From the NCBI GenBank assembly GCA_044892525.1, contig CM097886.1:134912001-134976000 (forward strand): 64,000 nucleotides of DNA, written 5' to 3'. Shown piece by piece: positions 1 through 11,745 of this stretch; position 1 is the stretch's first letter; every line of letters begins with the position of its first letter. The translations under genes were made by a program, and so were the position numbers. This stretch comes from Schmidtea polychroa (taxonomy: Eukaryota). The notes below the pieces were generated by a model. That model was given only the letters and a program-made list of their open reading frames with translations, had not been told where the DNA came from and did no database searches.

Positions 1-936
1 TCTACACTTATCAATAAATCACCCCCTTCCATCTCCTGGTAAAACTTTCAGACAAACTGCAGTTGATTTCGACTAAATTTTGCAAATAAATATATTATCA
101 TTTGACAATTAATTCCTCCTGATTAGAACAATGAGGTAGCAAACTATAAAATAAATGAGGGAGAGGTTGAACCAAGGTTGTTGCAATTCTAATTGGGAAA
201 ATTGAGCCTATGGACGATTAGTACATAATTAACCAGTCAAAGTTGATTAATTGGGATGATTTTACTCTGAGCAAGACTCATTCCTGTTGCAAATGTGCTT
301 TAAATGAATTAATTTATTCTAATGAAACATGTCCAAAACAGAAATGAGATTCTCTTTCTCCATTGAAAAGAGAAGAAATGTCGAAACAACTAGAAAAATT
401 AGAAACAAATTTATTACCATGAAATTACAGATTATTTTTATGAATAAACTTGTAAAGTTAGCAGATTATTAAAAAAAAGATTTCTTGAAAAGTAGACGAC
501 GTATTGTTTGGCGATACGGTTGGTTAATTGATGGGCCCAGGGACTTTATGGCACCATGTTTTGAATTAATTCTGGAAATTATAAAGTTTGTTATTAGGGT
601 AGTATTTTGATCATTCATTTCATTTTATCAGGATTTTATTATAATCATTGCTGAGAGATTTTTTTATATATCATTGATAAATTCATTCTCAATGACATTT
701 CGTGATAAAAATGTCAATTAGACCTTATACGTTTTAATCGTATAGAGTAGCTGTTGGCAATCTATGACATGTAGAAGGTTTTTTGGTGGCACTGTTCAAA
801 GATTGAAATGTTTCAGTACTTATTTTATCAGTAATTATTTTATTAATAATTTGAATTATATTTATACAATATATTTATACGATATGTAACAGCCTTACTG
901 TCATCATCAGGTAGAATAGAAAAGAACAATAGGTAC

Positions 937-1038
937 TGTTGGGTTAATATACAAAGGCACAAAGAAAATCAATAAAAACTAAAATAATTATTTTAGTTTT
1001 TATTGCTTTTCTTTGCGCCTTTGTATATTAACCCAACA
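937..1038. repeat. 102-bp spacerless palindrome (hairpin)
   Basis: TGTTGGGTTAATATACAAAGGCACAAAGAAAATCAATAAAAACTAAAATAA|TTATTTTAGTTTTTATTGCTTTTCTTTGCGCCTTTGTATATTAACCCAACA; 51-bp arms with 2 mismatches, centred at 987/988. Confidence 0.95.
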
Positions 1039-1039
1039 T

Positions 1040-1649
1040 CTAGTGAATGGATTCCTAGGAAATAACAGAAGTGAAGACTACAAAAAACTAGTGGAGAATT
1101 TGGTGACAACATATCACGCTGTTGGATGTCGAATGTCAATCATGTTGCACTTTTGCACTCCCACCTGGATTTCTTTAGACCAAATTTGGGAGCAGTGTCA
1201 GAAGAGTATGGTGAGAGGTTTCACCAAGATATTCAAATCATGGAGAAGCGTTAGCAAGGGCGATGGGATGAATCTATGATGGGCGATTACGTTTGGGGTT
1301 TGGTTCGTAGTGACTCAAGTCAGCAAAAGAGGAAGTCGAACTCAGTCCTTCATTTTTTCACACAATTAGTGGTAACATTCTATTTAGCGAGAGAATACTT
1401 ATCACCGCTGATGCGCTGTTGTTACTTATAACTTCACTTTTTGAAAGTTGCTTACGAATGGGTATGCTTCAGTTAATTAATACTATTATACCGTTAATCA
1501 TAATTATTAATGTAATTTTCTGACAATTGCGTGCGAACGGGTGACAGTACACAGAAACAGACTTCAAATTCGTTTTCAGCACCCTCGATTCCATATAGAA
1601 CTGAGAAATGCGCATATCTCTGACTTTTAAAAAAGTTTTTTCCGCTGTG
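1040..1649 (+). mobile_element. 3' remnant of a DNA transposon, probably Chapaev3/CMC-like, with a decayed transposase C-terminus
   Basis: Frameshifted and stopped translation FLGNNRSEDYKKLVENL...HSHLDFFRPNLGAVSEEYGERFHQDIQIMEKR*QGRWDESMMGDYVW. It ends ...TTTTTTCCGCTGTG|TAA (CACAG-type terminus). The superfamily assignment is from my recall of the motif. Confidence 0.6.
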
Positions 1650-2477
1650 TAATAAAAGTGTAAAAACATTAATTCAAAATTTATAAAATTTTAAAATTAA
1701 CATTGATCGGGGGAAATGAGTATGGTTGAACGCGAAATCATGAAACGAGTCCAAAAATAATAAAATTTAGTGAGGTGTCCAAAGAAAAAGTTGTAATAAA
1801 ATAAACTAATTAAAATGAATTAATCAGCTAATGAAAAGCACGAGTCAGTGGGAATCTTGAGTACTGTGAAAAATCCGATAAGTATAGAGAGCCAAGCAGT
1901 GATGAAACTCTGGGAAATTATTAAATGAATAAATTACATAATCATTTTGGTTAATTCGACTTTTTGGTAAAACCCCTCTAGTTTGTACAGTAAGCCTTGA
2001 ACTGTCATATATACCATCGAGTGCCTTTTATAATACCATGGTATTGTATTTGGAATTCATATTTTTTTAATCTATACCTGTGTACATAATTCCACCTTTT
2101 ATGCTTTTTATGACAGTTTTAATTTTTTTATGTTTACAGTGTTTCTATTTTCTATCAGTTTTTATTTAATTTTTTTTGTAGGTATACTAGGTGCGTTTTT
2201 TCTGAAAATTAAGGTACGTTAAAAACTTCAAAAGTGTTTTATAATCAGTTTGGTTATTGATTGCAATTAATTTTCTTTCTATAAATAAAGTTAGGTAAGT
2301 CAATAAATAAATAAATTTATTCAACATACATGCTACTAAACTAATTTGTTCTTTTCGTTTTAGAATTTTGTTTTTAAATGTTTTAACTCTTAAAACTATG
2401 CTACCAAAGCAAAAGTCAATACCTGTTTCAGAAAAACTTTCACTAATACAACGATCAAAACGAGGAGAGTCGCTTAA

Positions 2478-5042
2478 ACTTCTGTCTGTGCATTGGGGTA
2501 AAAAGGACCCCAGTCTTTGTAATAAGTGATATAATAAGTTTTTACACCAACTAACTATGTCAAGCAACTAGATTTGCCTCAACTAAGGTTTTACACACAT
2601 ATTACAAAAAAAATAATCAAAAAAACATTATATATGACGTAGCTACGATAGTTTTAAGCAATTTAATTATATATTGGTGCATTGGGGTTAATCTGACCCC
2701 AATTTTTTTGTTATGCATTTTGAATCAAAATCATATTCTTTCCTTTCTTTTGTATAGTTTTTTATCAATAGTTTCGAAAAGACTCACCATTTTGTATTTA
2801 GTATTACATTTCTTTGTGTTTTAGGGGATTATTATATATTATTAATTATATATTCATATAAAAAACTATTTGGTGACTATTTTTATAAGGAGAGAATATT
2901 TATATATTTTTGTGGTTGTTTTGTGTAGTCTAATTTTCTAGGTATATAATAATTTGGATTGTTATTTAGATATGGCCCGAAAAAGACAAACTAGCCAGGA
3001 TATTCGAAATCTTTTCGAAAGTATAATCGATTCTGATGAGGAAGAGCTAGCAAATGATAACTTTGATAGTGACTTTTCTGATCTCGATATAGCAACAGAT
3101 GAAGCTGCTGTTGAAATGCAAAATATAGAAACTGATGAAGAACAAGAACTACAAAATATAGAAACTGATGAAGACCAAGAAGTACAAAATATAGAAGCTG
3201 AAGTGGAAGAAGAAGGAATTTGGTATTACGCGCAAAATAAAAAGTACAAAAGAAAATGGAGGGCAAGTCCACCAAATGTAACTAGAGTTCGCGACTTTCA
3301 GATCTTGAGAGAAAAACAAGGAATTTCTCTTGAAACAGCTCGAAATATAAATACTCATCTGGCCGCGTTTAAAAAAATACTTCCCGAGACATTAATAAAT
3401 GTAATAGTGGCCGAAACAAATAGAAAAGCTCGGCATTTCTACACTATAAATAGTAACACTGCACGTATTTGGTATGATACAAATTCAAACGAAATTTATG
3501 CACTGATTGGTATACTTATATACGCTGGGGCTCATAAGAACTGGGATGAAAGATTGAATGAATTATACCATCTGGATAACCGTCCTTTTTATCGGGCTGC
3601 AATGTCATTACAAAGAGTGCAGCAGCTTTTACGATTCTTGCGCTTCGACAATTATCAAACTAGAGCAGAACGTTTGAAGGAAGATAAGCTAGCAGCTTTC
3701 CGTGATGTATGGAATATGTTTTTGGAAAATATCAAAGGACCTTATAAACCATCATCATTCTTAACTATAGATGAACAACTAGTATTAACGCGTGGCCGAT
3801 GTTCATTCAGACAATATATACCATCAAAGCCAGGCAAGTACGGGATTAAAATTTTTTGGATTTGCGATGCATTGAATTCGTACCCATTGAAAGCAGAAAT
3901 TTATGTAGGCAAGCAACCGAATGAGGTACGTGCGGTTGATTACGCATTAAATTTAGTTCATAGATTGTCAGCACCATATATCAATAAAGGACGAACTATA
4001 ACTATGGATAACTTTTTTACAAGCTGTCCATTAGCAGAACAAATGTTACAGAAAAAAACAACAATAATTGGAACAATTCGCGCAAATAAACCAGATCTAC
4101 CTAAAGAATTTACGAACAAGGCCGAAATTAAGAACCGAGTCGTGAATTCATCCAAATTTTGCTTCGATGATCATCTGACGTTGGTAAGTTATGTTCCGAA
4201 GCCCAACAAGAATGTATTGTTACTATCCACTCTACACAATGATGATATTGTTGACCTCGATTCAAATAAACCCAATATCATATTGGACTATAATAAAACG
4301 AAGGGAGGGGTTGACACACTCGACAAATTAGTTCGTACCTATACCTGCAAAAGAAAGACCAAACGATGGCCAATGGTTTTATTTTTTAATATGATTGATC
4401 TCACAGGTATAACTGCTTATAACCTGTACAAATGTGCCAATCCACAACTATTCATTCAGCGGAAAAGCAATGAACGTAAAATCTTTTTGAAGGAGCTGGC
4501 TATGCAATTGGTAAAGGATTATATATTAAACCGAATATCGAACCCACGGGCAATGAAAAAAAATGTTAAAATCGCTGTTCAGCAAATAGGATATAATATA
4601 ATAAACCTTACACAGAGTTCAACAGCCGAAGGAACAGCGGCAAATAGATCTGTCAGTAAGCGACCAAGATGTTATATTTGCCCTCGATCCGCTGATAAGA
4701 AAACAGGAACAAGATGTTATGTTTGTAATCAGCCATCTTGCAAAACACATATAAAAACCGTTTGCATAAATTGTATCAACGAAGAAGTAATGGATTCGCT
4801 CGAAGAAGAAAACAATGAAATTATGTCAGACGATGCGTCTGGTTAATTTTTTTTATGTAATATAATATAATTTAAATTATCTTAATCTTATATATTTTGA
4901 ATAAAAAAGTTTTTTTCATTAATTAATAAAAATAACATGACTATTTTTTAACAAAAAGATCATAAAAAGCATTAAAATATATATGGGGTCGGGTTGACCC
5001 CATGCACAGACTATGGAAAATTTACTATGCACAGACAGAAGG
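2478..5042 (+). mobile_element. Full-length piggyBac transposon
   Basis: TTAA at 2474-2477 and 5043-5046; TIRs aCTTCTGTCTGTGCAT / ATGCACAGACAGAAGG (15/16 match); subterminal GGGGT...GACCCC repeats near 2495, 2683 and 4985. Confidence 0.95.
2972..4846 (+). CDS. piggyBac DDD transposase, uninterrupted ORF (~624 aa from the first ATG)
   Basis: TIDEQL, TMDNFF and GGVDTLD catalytic motifs; PSKPGKYGIK motif; C-terminal Cys-rich domain RCYICPRSADKKTGTRCYVCNQPSCKTHIKTVCINC. Confidence 0.95.
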   Translation: MARKRQTSQDIRNLFESIIDSDEEELANDNFDSDFSDLDIATDEAAVEMQNIETDEEQELQNIETDEDQEVQNIEAEVEEEGIWYYAQNKKYKRKWRASPPNVTRVRDFQILREKQGISLETARNINTHLAAFKKILPETLINVIVAETNRKARHFYTINSNTARIWYDTNSNEIYALIGILIYAGAHKNWDERLNELYHLDNRPFYRAAMSLQRVQQLLRFLRFDNYQTRAERLKEDKLAAFRDVWNMFLENIKGPYKPSSFLTIDEQLVLTRGRCSFRQYIPSKPGKYGIKIFWICDALNSYPLKAEIYVGKQPNEVRAVDYALNLVHRLSAPYINKGRTITMDNFFTSCPLAEQMLQKKTTIIGTIRANKPDLPKEFTNKAEIKNRVVNSSKFCFDDHLTLVSYVPKPNKNVLLLSTLHNDDIVDLDSNKPNIILDYNKTKGGVDTLDKLVRTYTCKRKTKRWPMVLFFNMIDLTGITAYNLYKCANPQLFIQRKSNERKIFLKELAMQLVKDYILNRISNPRAMKKNVKIAVQQIGYNIINLTQSSTAEGTAANRSVSKRPRCYICPRSADKKTGTRCYVCNQPSCKTHIKTVCINCINEEVMDSLEEENNEIMSDDASG

Positions 5043-5244
5043 TTAATTCTTTAGAAAAGTAAGTGAGTTCCAACGATCTCAAATTAGAAATTAGGTGAAA
5101 TAAGAAAACAAACTATTAGCCACTAACAAGGTATAAAGTGTTGGAGACGGAGGGCGCAAACCAATCTTTCCAGATATTGCAAAAAAATTTATTGAGTGGT
5201 TCAAGAGCCAACGAAGAAAAAAGCTGATTGTAACATATAAAATA

Positions 5245-5372
5245 GATTATCGAATCTTGCCATATTATCTATTGAATTTAACATCATAAAGGATATTAAT
5301 TATGACCATATAATTAATGCTTTTGCTCAAATGAAAGCTAGAAGAGTACGATTAAATGAAAATTAAATAAGC
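5245..5372 (+). pseudogene. hAT transposase C-terminal dimerisation-domain fragment
   Basis: Reads RLSNLAILSIEFNIIKDINYDHIINAFAQMKARRVRLNEN*. Confidence 0.75.
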
Positions 5373-8300
5373 TTATCAAATAAATAATGTAATATATTTC
5401 TGTGTACAATAAATTTTTTATATATGATATCTATTTGAACTATAATTACTTTCTCCCAAAAAATATAAAGGCCTTAATAACCTTTTTGCATAGGACCCTA
5501 AAAATGTTACTTACGCACTAGGTATAGTGTTTGGATTTCACATTTTCTCTGAAAATTGGCATTTTNNNNNNNNNNNNNNNNNNNNNNNNNNNNNNNNNNN
5601 NNNNNNNNNNNNNNNNNNNNNNNNNNNNNNNNNNNNNNNNNNNNNNNNNNNNNNNNNNNNNNNNNNNNNNNNNNNNNNNNNNNNNNNNNNNNNNNNNNNN
5701 NNNNNNNNNNNNNNNNNNNNNNNNNNNNNNNNNNNNNNNNNNNNNNNNNNNTAGTGAAATACTGGAAATGAATTCAAGTAAATACATTTGGCATTGGAAG
5801 ATAGAAAAAATATTTATTACATAAAAAGATATGAAATCGAAAACAACCAACTGGAGCCATTACTGCATCCACGGATAATTGAACCGAGTTTACAGTGCTA
5901 TAATAAATAAATGTTATGATATCATTAATTTGTTAATGGATTCATGGAATTATATATGCGTTTATAATTGCATGCTAGAAATGGGACAATGTTAATTTCC
6001 CACAAAATACTGTTAATATTTTAATTATATAATTTTCTCTTCCAAAATAATGTCATAATTGGGAAAATTAGTCCCTTCTCCAGTAACTTAGTAATCTTGA
6101 AACATATTATTTGTTTCCTTTTTCAGGATATCGATTTTTATATTTTTAATTTTAATCAATACAATTTTTGAAAATCAATTTAACACAGGAGCCCATTGAT
6201 TATTAATTATTATATATAAACAGAATTCAAAAAAGTAAATATATATGAAAGCGTCAATTTGCATAGACCAGGAGTGGACAGCCCCGAAATTGATAGGGTA
6301 AAACACCAAGCCACAAATTGAAGTACATTTCATAACTCATATTAATTAATAATTAAAAGTTTTTTCTGAATTCATTTCTATAAAAATTCAAGTTCATAAC
6401 AACTTACATCGAAATTTTAGGTTTGTAATTGATGTCAACTTTGATGTCTGATTTATATACATTTTTACATATATCTCTCCATGACTTTAAAGGTACCACA
6501 AAAATAATCTGTGGAAATATTTTACACTTAATTCTACCTATAATTGAAGATGATTGTATTTTTTTTATTTCTTTATCAAAATATCCAGTGTAAAATTCTA
6601 AATTTTCATAATTGCGTGCATTATTGCATTTTATCTGTTGCACAATGACTGAATGGCGGCCTGCTGGATGAAAAAAAATTAATTAAATGAATAATTCATT
6701 GTCATAATAAATAATTTATTACTTACTGATCCACAAATTTAATCAAGCAGACTACATTAAGAACCAAATGATATTATTTTGAGTGTTTTTTTCTTAATAA
6801 ATTAAAATAATTGTACAATTCTAGACGCATCACATAATTATATAATTATTATTTTCTAAAGATTTTGAAATTTTGATATAGGGGAATTAAACTAAAATAA
6901 ATAATAATAAATACAATGGAAAAAAAATCACTGATGAAATTGAAAAAAAAGTTCCTATAATATAAATTAATTTATAATATCTCCATTCGATTCTATTACT
7001 TACCTAATCTAGTTATGAAGTGCACTAAGTAATTTCCAATCTCTCAAATCTTATCATTATTTATGAAGTCTACAGGTTTCAGAATCTTGACCATGATTTC
7101 TTCGATTGATTTACTTTGAAACTCCGCATATAGATTCTATTCTGGTCACCGAAAGAAAGAAATTATAGGTAAATTTAGTTAAATAAGAATTTCTGGTCTC
7201 AAAAATATTTAAAAAAAAGCTGGTGAAAGTAAATTTTAATAAGATTTCAATGGTGACATTTTTATCATAGAGTCATCAATTGACCTGAAATTAAATAATA
7301 ATTAATTATTAAGTTTATCAAGTTCTAATTATAATTTGTTCAGAAAATGTTTTCAAATGGAAATAATAATTAAATGTTTCAATAAAATAATATGAAATAG
7401 TGAATAAAGCTTAAAATAAATTTGAATGTGCATTCATTTTTATGAAAAGCATCAATCTTTACAATTTGAATCAATAATTTATTAATATTTATTCTAAAAT
7501 CTTAATGAAATTAATTTAAAAAATTAAAAATACATCAAATTTATGATTTACATTTTGCAACTTACTTATTTTATTCAACAAGTAACGATTAAAGTTTACT
7601 TCAGTGATTATTATTACAAAATCATTATTTTACAATAATTATACACAACCTTTCGTTAAATCATTAATATTATGTTTTTCAATAGATGTATTCCCTAAAT
7701 AATTAATGAAAACCTAGAATATCCTATGAGTTCCTATTCTGTGATGATTTTAGATTTCCTATTAAATTTTACATTATCTATGTGAATAATAATATTTTCA
7801 GTATCGTGTTTATTCCGTAGCTAATACACAAAGTAATATCAGTTTTAAGTTTAATGTTTAAATTATCATACCCACCTCTAAGCCAATAGATTTAACAACA
7901 TTGTAAGGAATTATATAAAAGTCCTGTCTATTTATTAAATAATTATTTTAACTAAAAGAATTATCTATATTTTTTTCTATTGACATAAAAATTTTGTAAG
8001 ATTTTCAATTTAAATTTTTAATTAGCGATTTAAAATTATTTAATTATTTATTATGTAATTAATATTGTGGATCAATTTACTTAATCCAAATTAAACTACA
8101 TAACCTGATTCAAATTACTTAATCTAAATTTAGGGTTTTTCTGATTAAAAATTTAAAGTTTTCTTAAAGTTTTTTACTCTTTATGTAAATTAATTTTAAT
8201 GCTTTTTAACAAGAAAAAATAATTTTTAAAATAATTTTAAAAATAAATTAAAATAATTTAACTCCCCCCTATTTTTTTCAAGCCAAAAATCCCATGGGTC

Positions 8301-9540
8301 ATACATTTCCTCTAGTATAAATTCAACTCCAAATGAGATAGAGTTTCTTTCATGAGTTTGTACACGAAACCAAATAGCCATTGAAATCGCTTCGAATATC
8401 ACATTAGAGGTTAATTTTAAATACTAAGCACCCATAAATCAAACCCATTTGAAATCTGTTTGCCTATCATCTTCAGTGAAACTTAGGTCCTTGGCAAAAC
8501 CATTCTTTATCCCACCAACAAAGTTTGCCTTTTATCATGCGTTAAAGAAATATCTATCTGTAGAAATCACTTTTAGTTATAATAAAATTATGACCTTAGA
8601 TCATTGGATATTTTCTCGGATCAAATTTATTACGCCTACTTCTAATTTGTTAAAATAATGCATTTGAGTCATAATAATAAATGTAATAAAATACTTATAA
8701 TACTATCAGTTCTCCCCTGATTTGTTCTTTTTATCTAGAATATCATTTATCGTCATTTAGTCTTTGATTATTTATCATTATTTTTTATAATCAAAAAATG
8801 AGGATATAGGAAATTCTTAACACAAATAATGAATCATTATATGATAGGAGTATCTAAAAAACACGAAATTAGCAATACAAACAAATATAAAACATACATT
8901 CACTTAGTCGTTCTAAACGCTTTCACATTTTCAAATTACACTTATATCTTTAACTTTTGTTTTTGACGGATTTTTGACACATTTCCTGACTTTTTATGAA
9001 ATTTAATTCCGCACTTTTAAAGGGTTAAAATAAACATATATGACAATATGAACTTTTTCAAATTAATATGTGCATATTTAGATAAATAAGCAAAAATAAA
9101 CAATTCATATCTTATTTTAAACAGAAATTATTCTCATTTCTTTTCATTACAATTATAGATTAACTTTTTACTAAAAAACACAAATTTTTGACACTGGCCT
9201 TTCAAGTGATATTCTGTATAACATTTTAATTTGACATTTGGCAGTAAAATATTTTCTATTTTTTTGTCACCTTTTATTTGTCTTTCTTTTTTGATGACAT
9301 TTAATTAATTTGATATTCCATTTAAGCATTACTGTCGACACAATTTGCGTTGAAGTAGCAACACGTTCAAATTTTACTGAAATGTTTATTTCACTTAATA
9401 AAAATTCATCCTAAATTTCAAATAATGTTTATGTTCAAATGAATACATTGACCAATATATAAAAAGGAGAATTTCTATAAAAAAGATAAAAAATGATAAT
9501 AAAGATTATCTGAAGAAAATCAGTTAATTTATTTTTATAG

Positions 9541-9675
9541 GATTTGTCTAAAACAACCATGCCAATCAATCTAAATGAGCCGATCAGCTTCCTTCAAAGG
9601 ATTTCAGAATATATGGAATATTCCAATTTACTTTTCCAAGCTTCCCTAGAAAACGATCCAATCAACAGACTAGAA
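9541..9675 (+). CDS. OSBP-family (ORP1/ORP2-like) gene, first identified exon
   Basis: TTTTTATAG|DLSKTTMPINLNEPISFLQRISEYMEYSNLLFQASLENDPINRLE|GTATT; phase 0/0; typical start of the oxysterol-binding domain. Confidence 0.9.
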
Positions 9676-10199
9676 GTATTTATTATTGATTAATAAAACA
9701 AATAAAAATAAACTATTAAAAAATATTTTAATTTTTTTAGCTTTTGGTTATCATATATAATATTTTATACATTATAAATTAAAATTAAAAGTATTTTAGA
9801 TTCGATGCAGTAGTCATAAAAATAATTATATAATTCCACATAGTTCAGAGTCACACTAAAATACATTGCCCCCGAATGTCAGGTAAAAGTTGCCACCTCT
9901 AATAGACTAAAATTAGTTTAAATGTGATATTTAACGTAAAATAATATTAATCATCGTTTTAATAAGTTTATCTTTTATATTTTTAGTAGCAACACTGTGC
10001 AAAATAATATTTTGACATTAACAATGTTATGAACGACGTATTTTTTGTAGAATTTGTTCATGTACATAAGTATACACAGGGTTTTTCACCTAAAAAACTA
10101 TTAATTCACTTAAAAATACATGTATAATAAATATTTATAATTAATTGGTTTTCGTTATAATATAAGTTTGGTTAAGCATTAGTAGGTACAAGTGCGCTG

Positions 10200-10322
10200 C
10201 ATGACTCATCATTACCCCACCCCCCGCCCCCAGTGAGTCATAAATGACGTCATCCATGACTCATCGCGCATGACTCACCGGCGATGACTCATCGCACATG
10301 ACTCATCAAGGGTGACTCATTT
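10200..10322. promoter_or_regulatory. Terminal cluster of AP-1 (TGA[C/G]TCA), CRE and GC-box sites (mirrored at ~23277-23399)
   Basis: Seven TGACTCA/TGAGTCA, one TGACGTCA and CCCCACCCCCCGCCCCC within ~125 bp. Confidence 0.7.
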
Positions 10323-10379
10323 CAAATTTAAATTTCCAAAGGTCAAATAAGGTCAAACCTTCACCCAAGGGTATCATTA

Positions 10380-10731
10380 GAAAGGTATTTGAGAGGTCAG
10401 TTTGATGGTCATACCCTCGAAGGTGTATGGTGGGTCCTTAACCTTCAAAGGGTCAAAAACCTCCGAATGTTTTCAAACCTTATAATATATATATATATAT
10501 ATCATTCGAAAGGTATATGAGAGGAAAGTTTGATGGTCATACCCTCGAAGGTGTATGGTGGGTCCTTAACCTTCAAAGGGTCAAAAACCTTCGAATTTTT
10601 TCAAACTTTGTAATATATATATATATCATTCGAAAGGTATTTGGGAGGTCTATCTAATGGTCATACCCTCGAATGTATATGGTGGGTCAATAACCTTCAA
10701 AGGATGTCCAAAATTAAATATTTTTCAAACC

Positions 10732-10806
<75 letters not shown>

Positions 10807-11120
10807 TTCAAAAGGACTTTTGATGGTGAGTTCGAAGGTCCAAGGGTCGAAGGGTCCAAGGTTCAAAAATTTTAAAACCTTATAATATACATATCAAACG
10901 AAAGGTATTTGAGATGTAAGTATCATGGTCATACTTTCAAAGGTTTATGAATGGTCCTTAACCTTCAAACCTTCAAAGGGTCCAAAACCTTTAAAAATTA
11001 TACATATAGATATATACATGTCAAATAAAAGGTAATTCAAAGATGAGTATGATGGTCCAAGTTTGAAGGTCAAAGGATCCATGGTTTAAATTTTTCAAAC
11101 CTTATAATATACATATCAAA
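10380..11120. repeat. About six diverged ~90-180 bp subterminal tandem units ending in (TA)n (mirrored at ~22510-23220)
   Basis: Units begin GAAAGGTATTTGAGA...GATGGTCATACCCTCGAAGG...CCTTAACCTTCAAAGGGTC near 10380, 10508, 10631, 10809, 10899 and 11026. Confidence 0.9.
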
Positions 11121-11619
11121 CAAACGGCAATACAAAAGTACTCATCGATGACTCATTTAATTTTTTTTTGAACAAAGACAATGACTCATCATTTTTAGAA
11201 CAAAGACATCTGTTTTCAGAACAAAGACAATGACGCGCCCATGGGATTTATTATTTATTACTATCAATAGTAATATTATTATTTATTATTATTATTTTCG
11301 AAGATATTTTCAAATTTATTATTAATATTATTATTATGATTATTTATCAAGGTTATTTAAACAAAACCATGACTCATCCGCTGAGTCATCAAAGTCGTTC
11401 TATTTTTAGTAACAAAGACTACTATTTTTAGTAACACACAGACATCTATTTTTAGTAACATTTTTGATCCGATCATTGATCCGATGACTCACCAAGGTTG
11501 TTGTATTTTTAGTAACAAAAACATCTATTTTTAGTAACGTTTTGGATCTATTTTTAGTAACATTTGTGAAGTACATATGACTCATCATTTCTTAAACAAA
11601 GATATTATTATCATTATTA

Positions 11620-11667
11620 TTATTTTCAAAGTTATTTTGAAAATTCTTATTATTACTATTATTATTC

Positions 11668-11745
<78 letters not shown>

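Larger units (their letters stand above)
2398..5240 (+). pseudogene. pogo/Tigger (CENP-B HTH) transposase remnant split by the piggyBac insertion
   Basis: MLPKQKSIPVSEKLSLIQRSKRGESL (2398-2477) rejoins NSLEK* after the TTAA at 5043, followed by GGRKPIFPDIAKKFIEWFKSQRR (~5150-5220). Confidence 0.7.

Noticed and set aside
1826-1930. Candidate upstream OSBP exon (…MKLWEIIK*)
   Set aside because: It has an in-frame stop and no suitable donor; the 5' exons remain unlocated.
5518-5850. ORFs containing X runs (also ~27000-27600, 33350-33650, 41100-41400, 47040-47670, 55645-55920)
   Set aside because: They are artefacts of translating through N-gaps.
7020-7160. Minus-strand MVKILKPV resembling CK2 alpha
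   Set aside because: Only a short match; no Gly loop upstream and an in-frame stop follows immediately.
10380-11120. CRISPR-like array
   Set aside because: Eukaryotic context; the units are long diverged tandem repeats without unique spacers.
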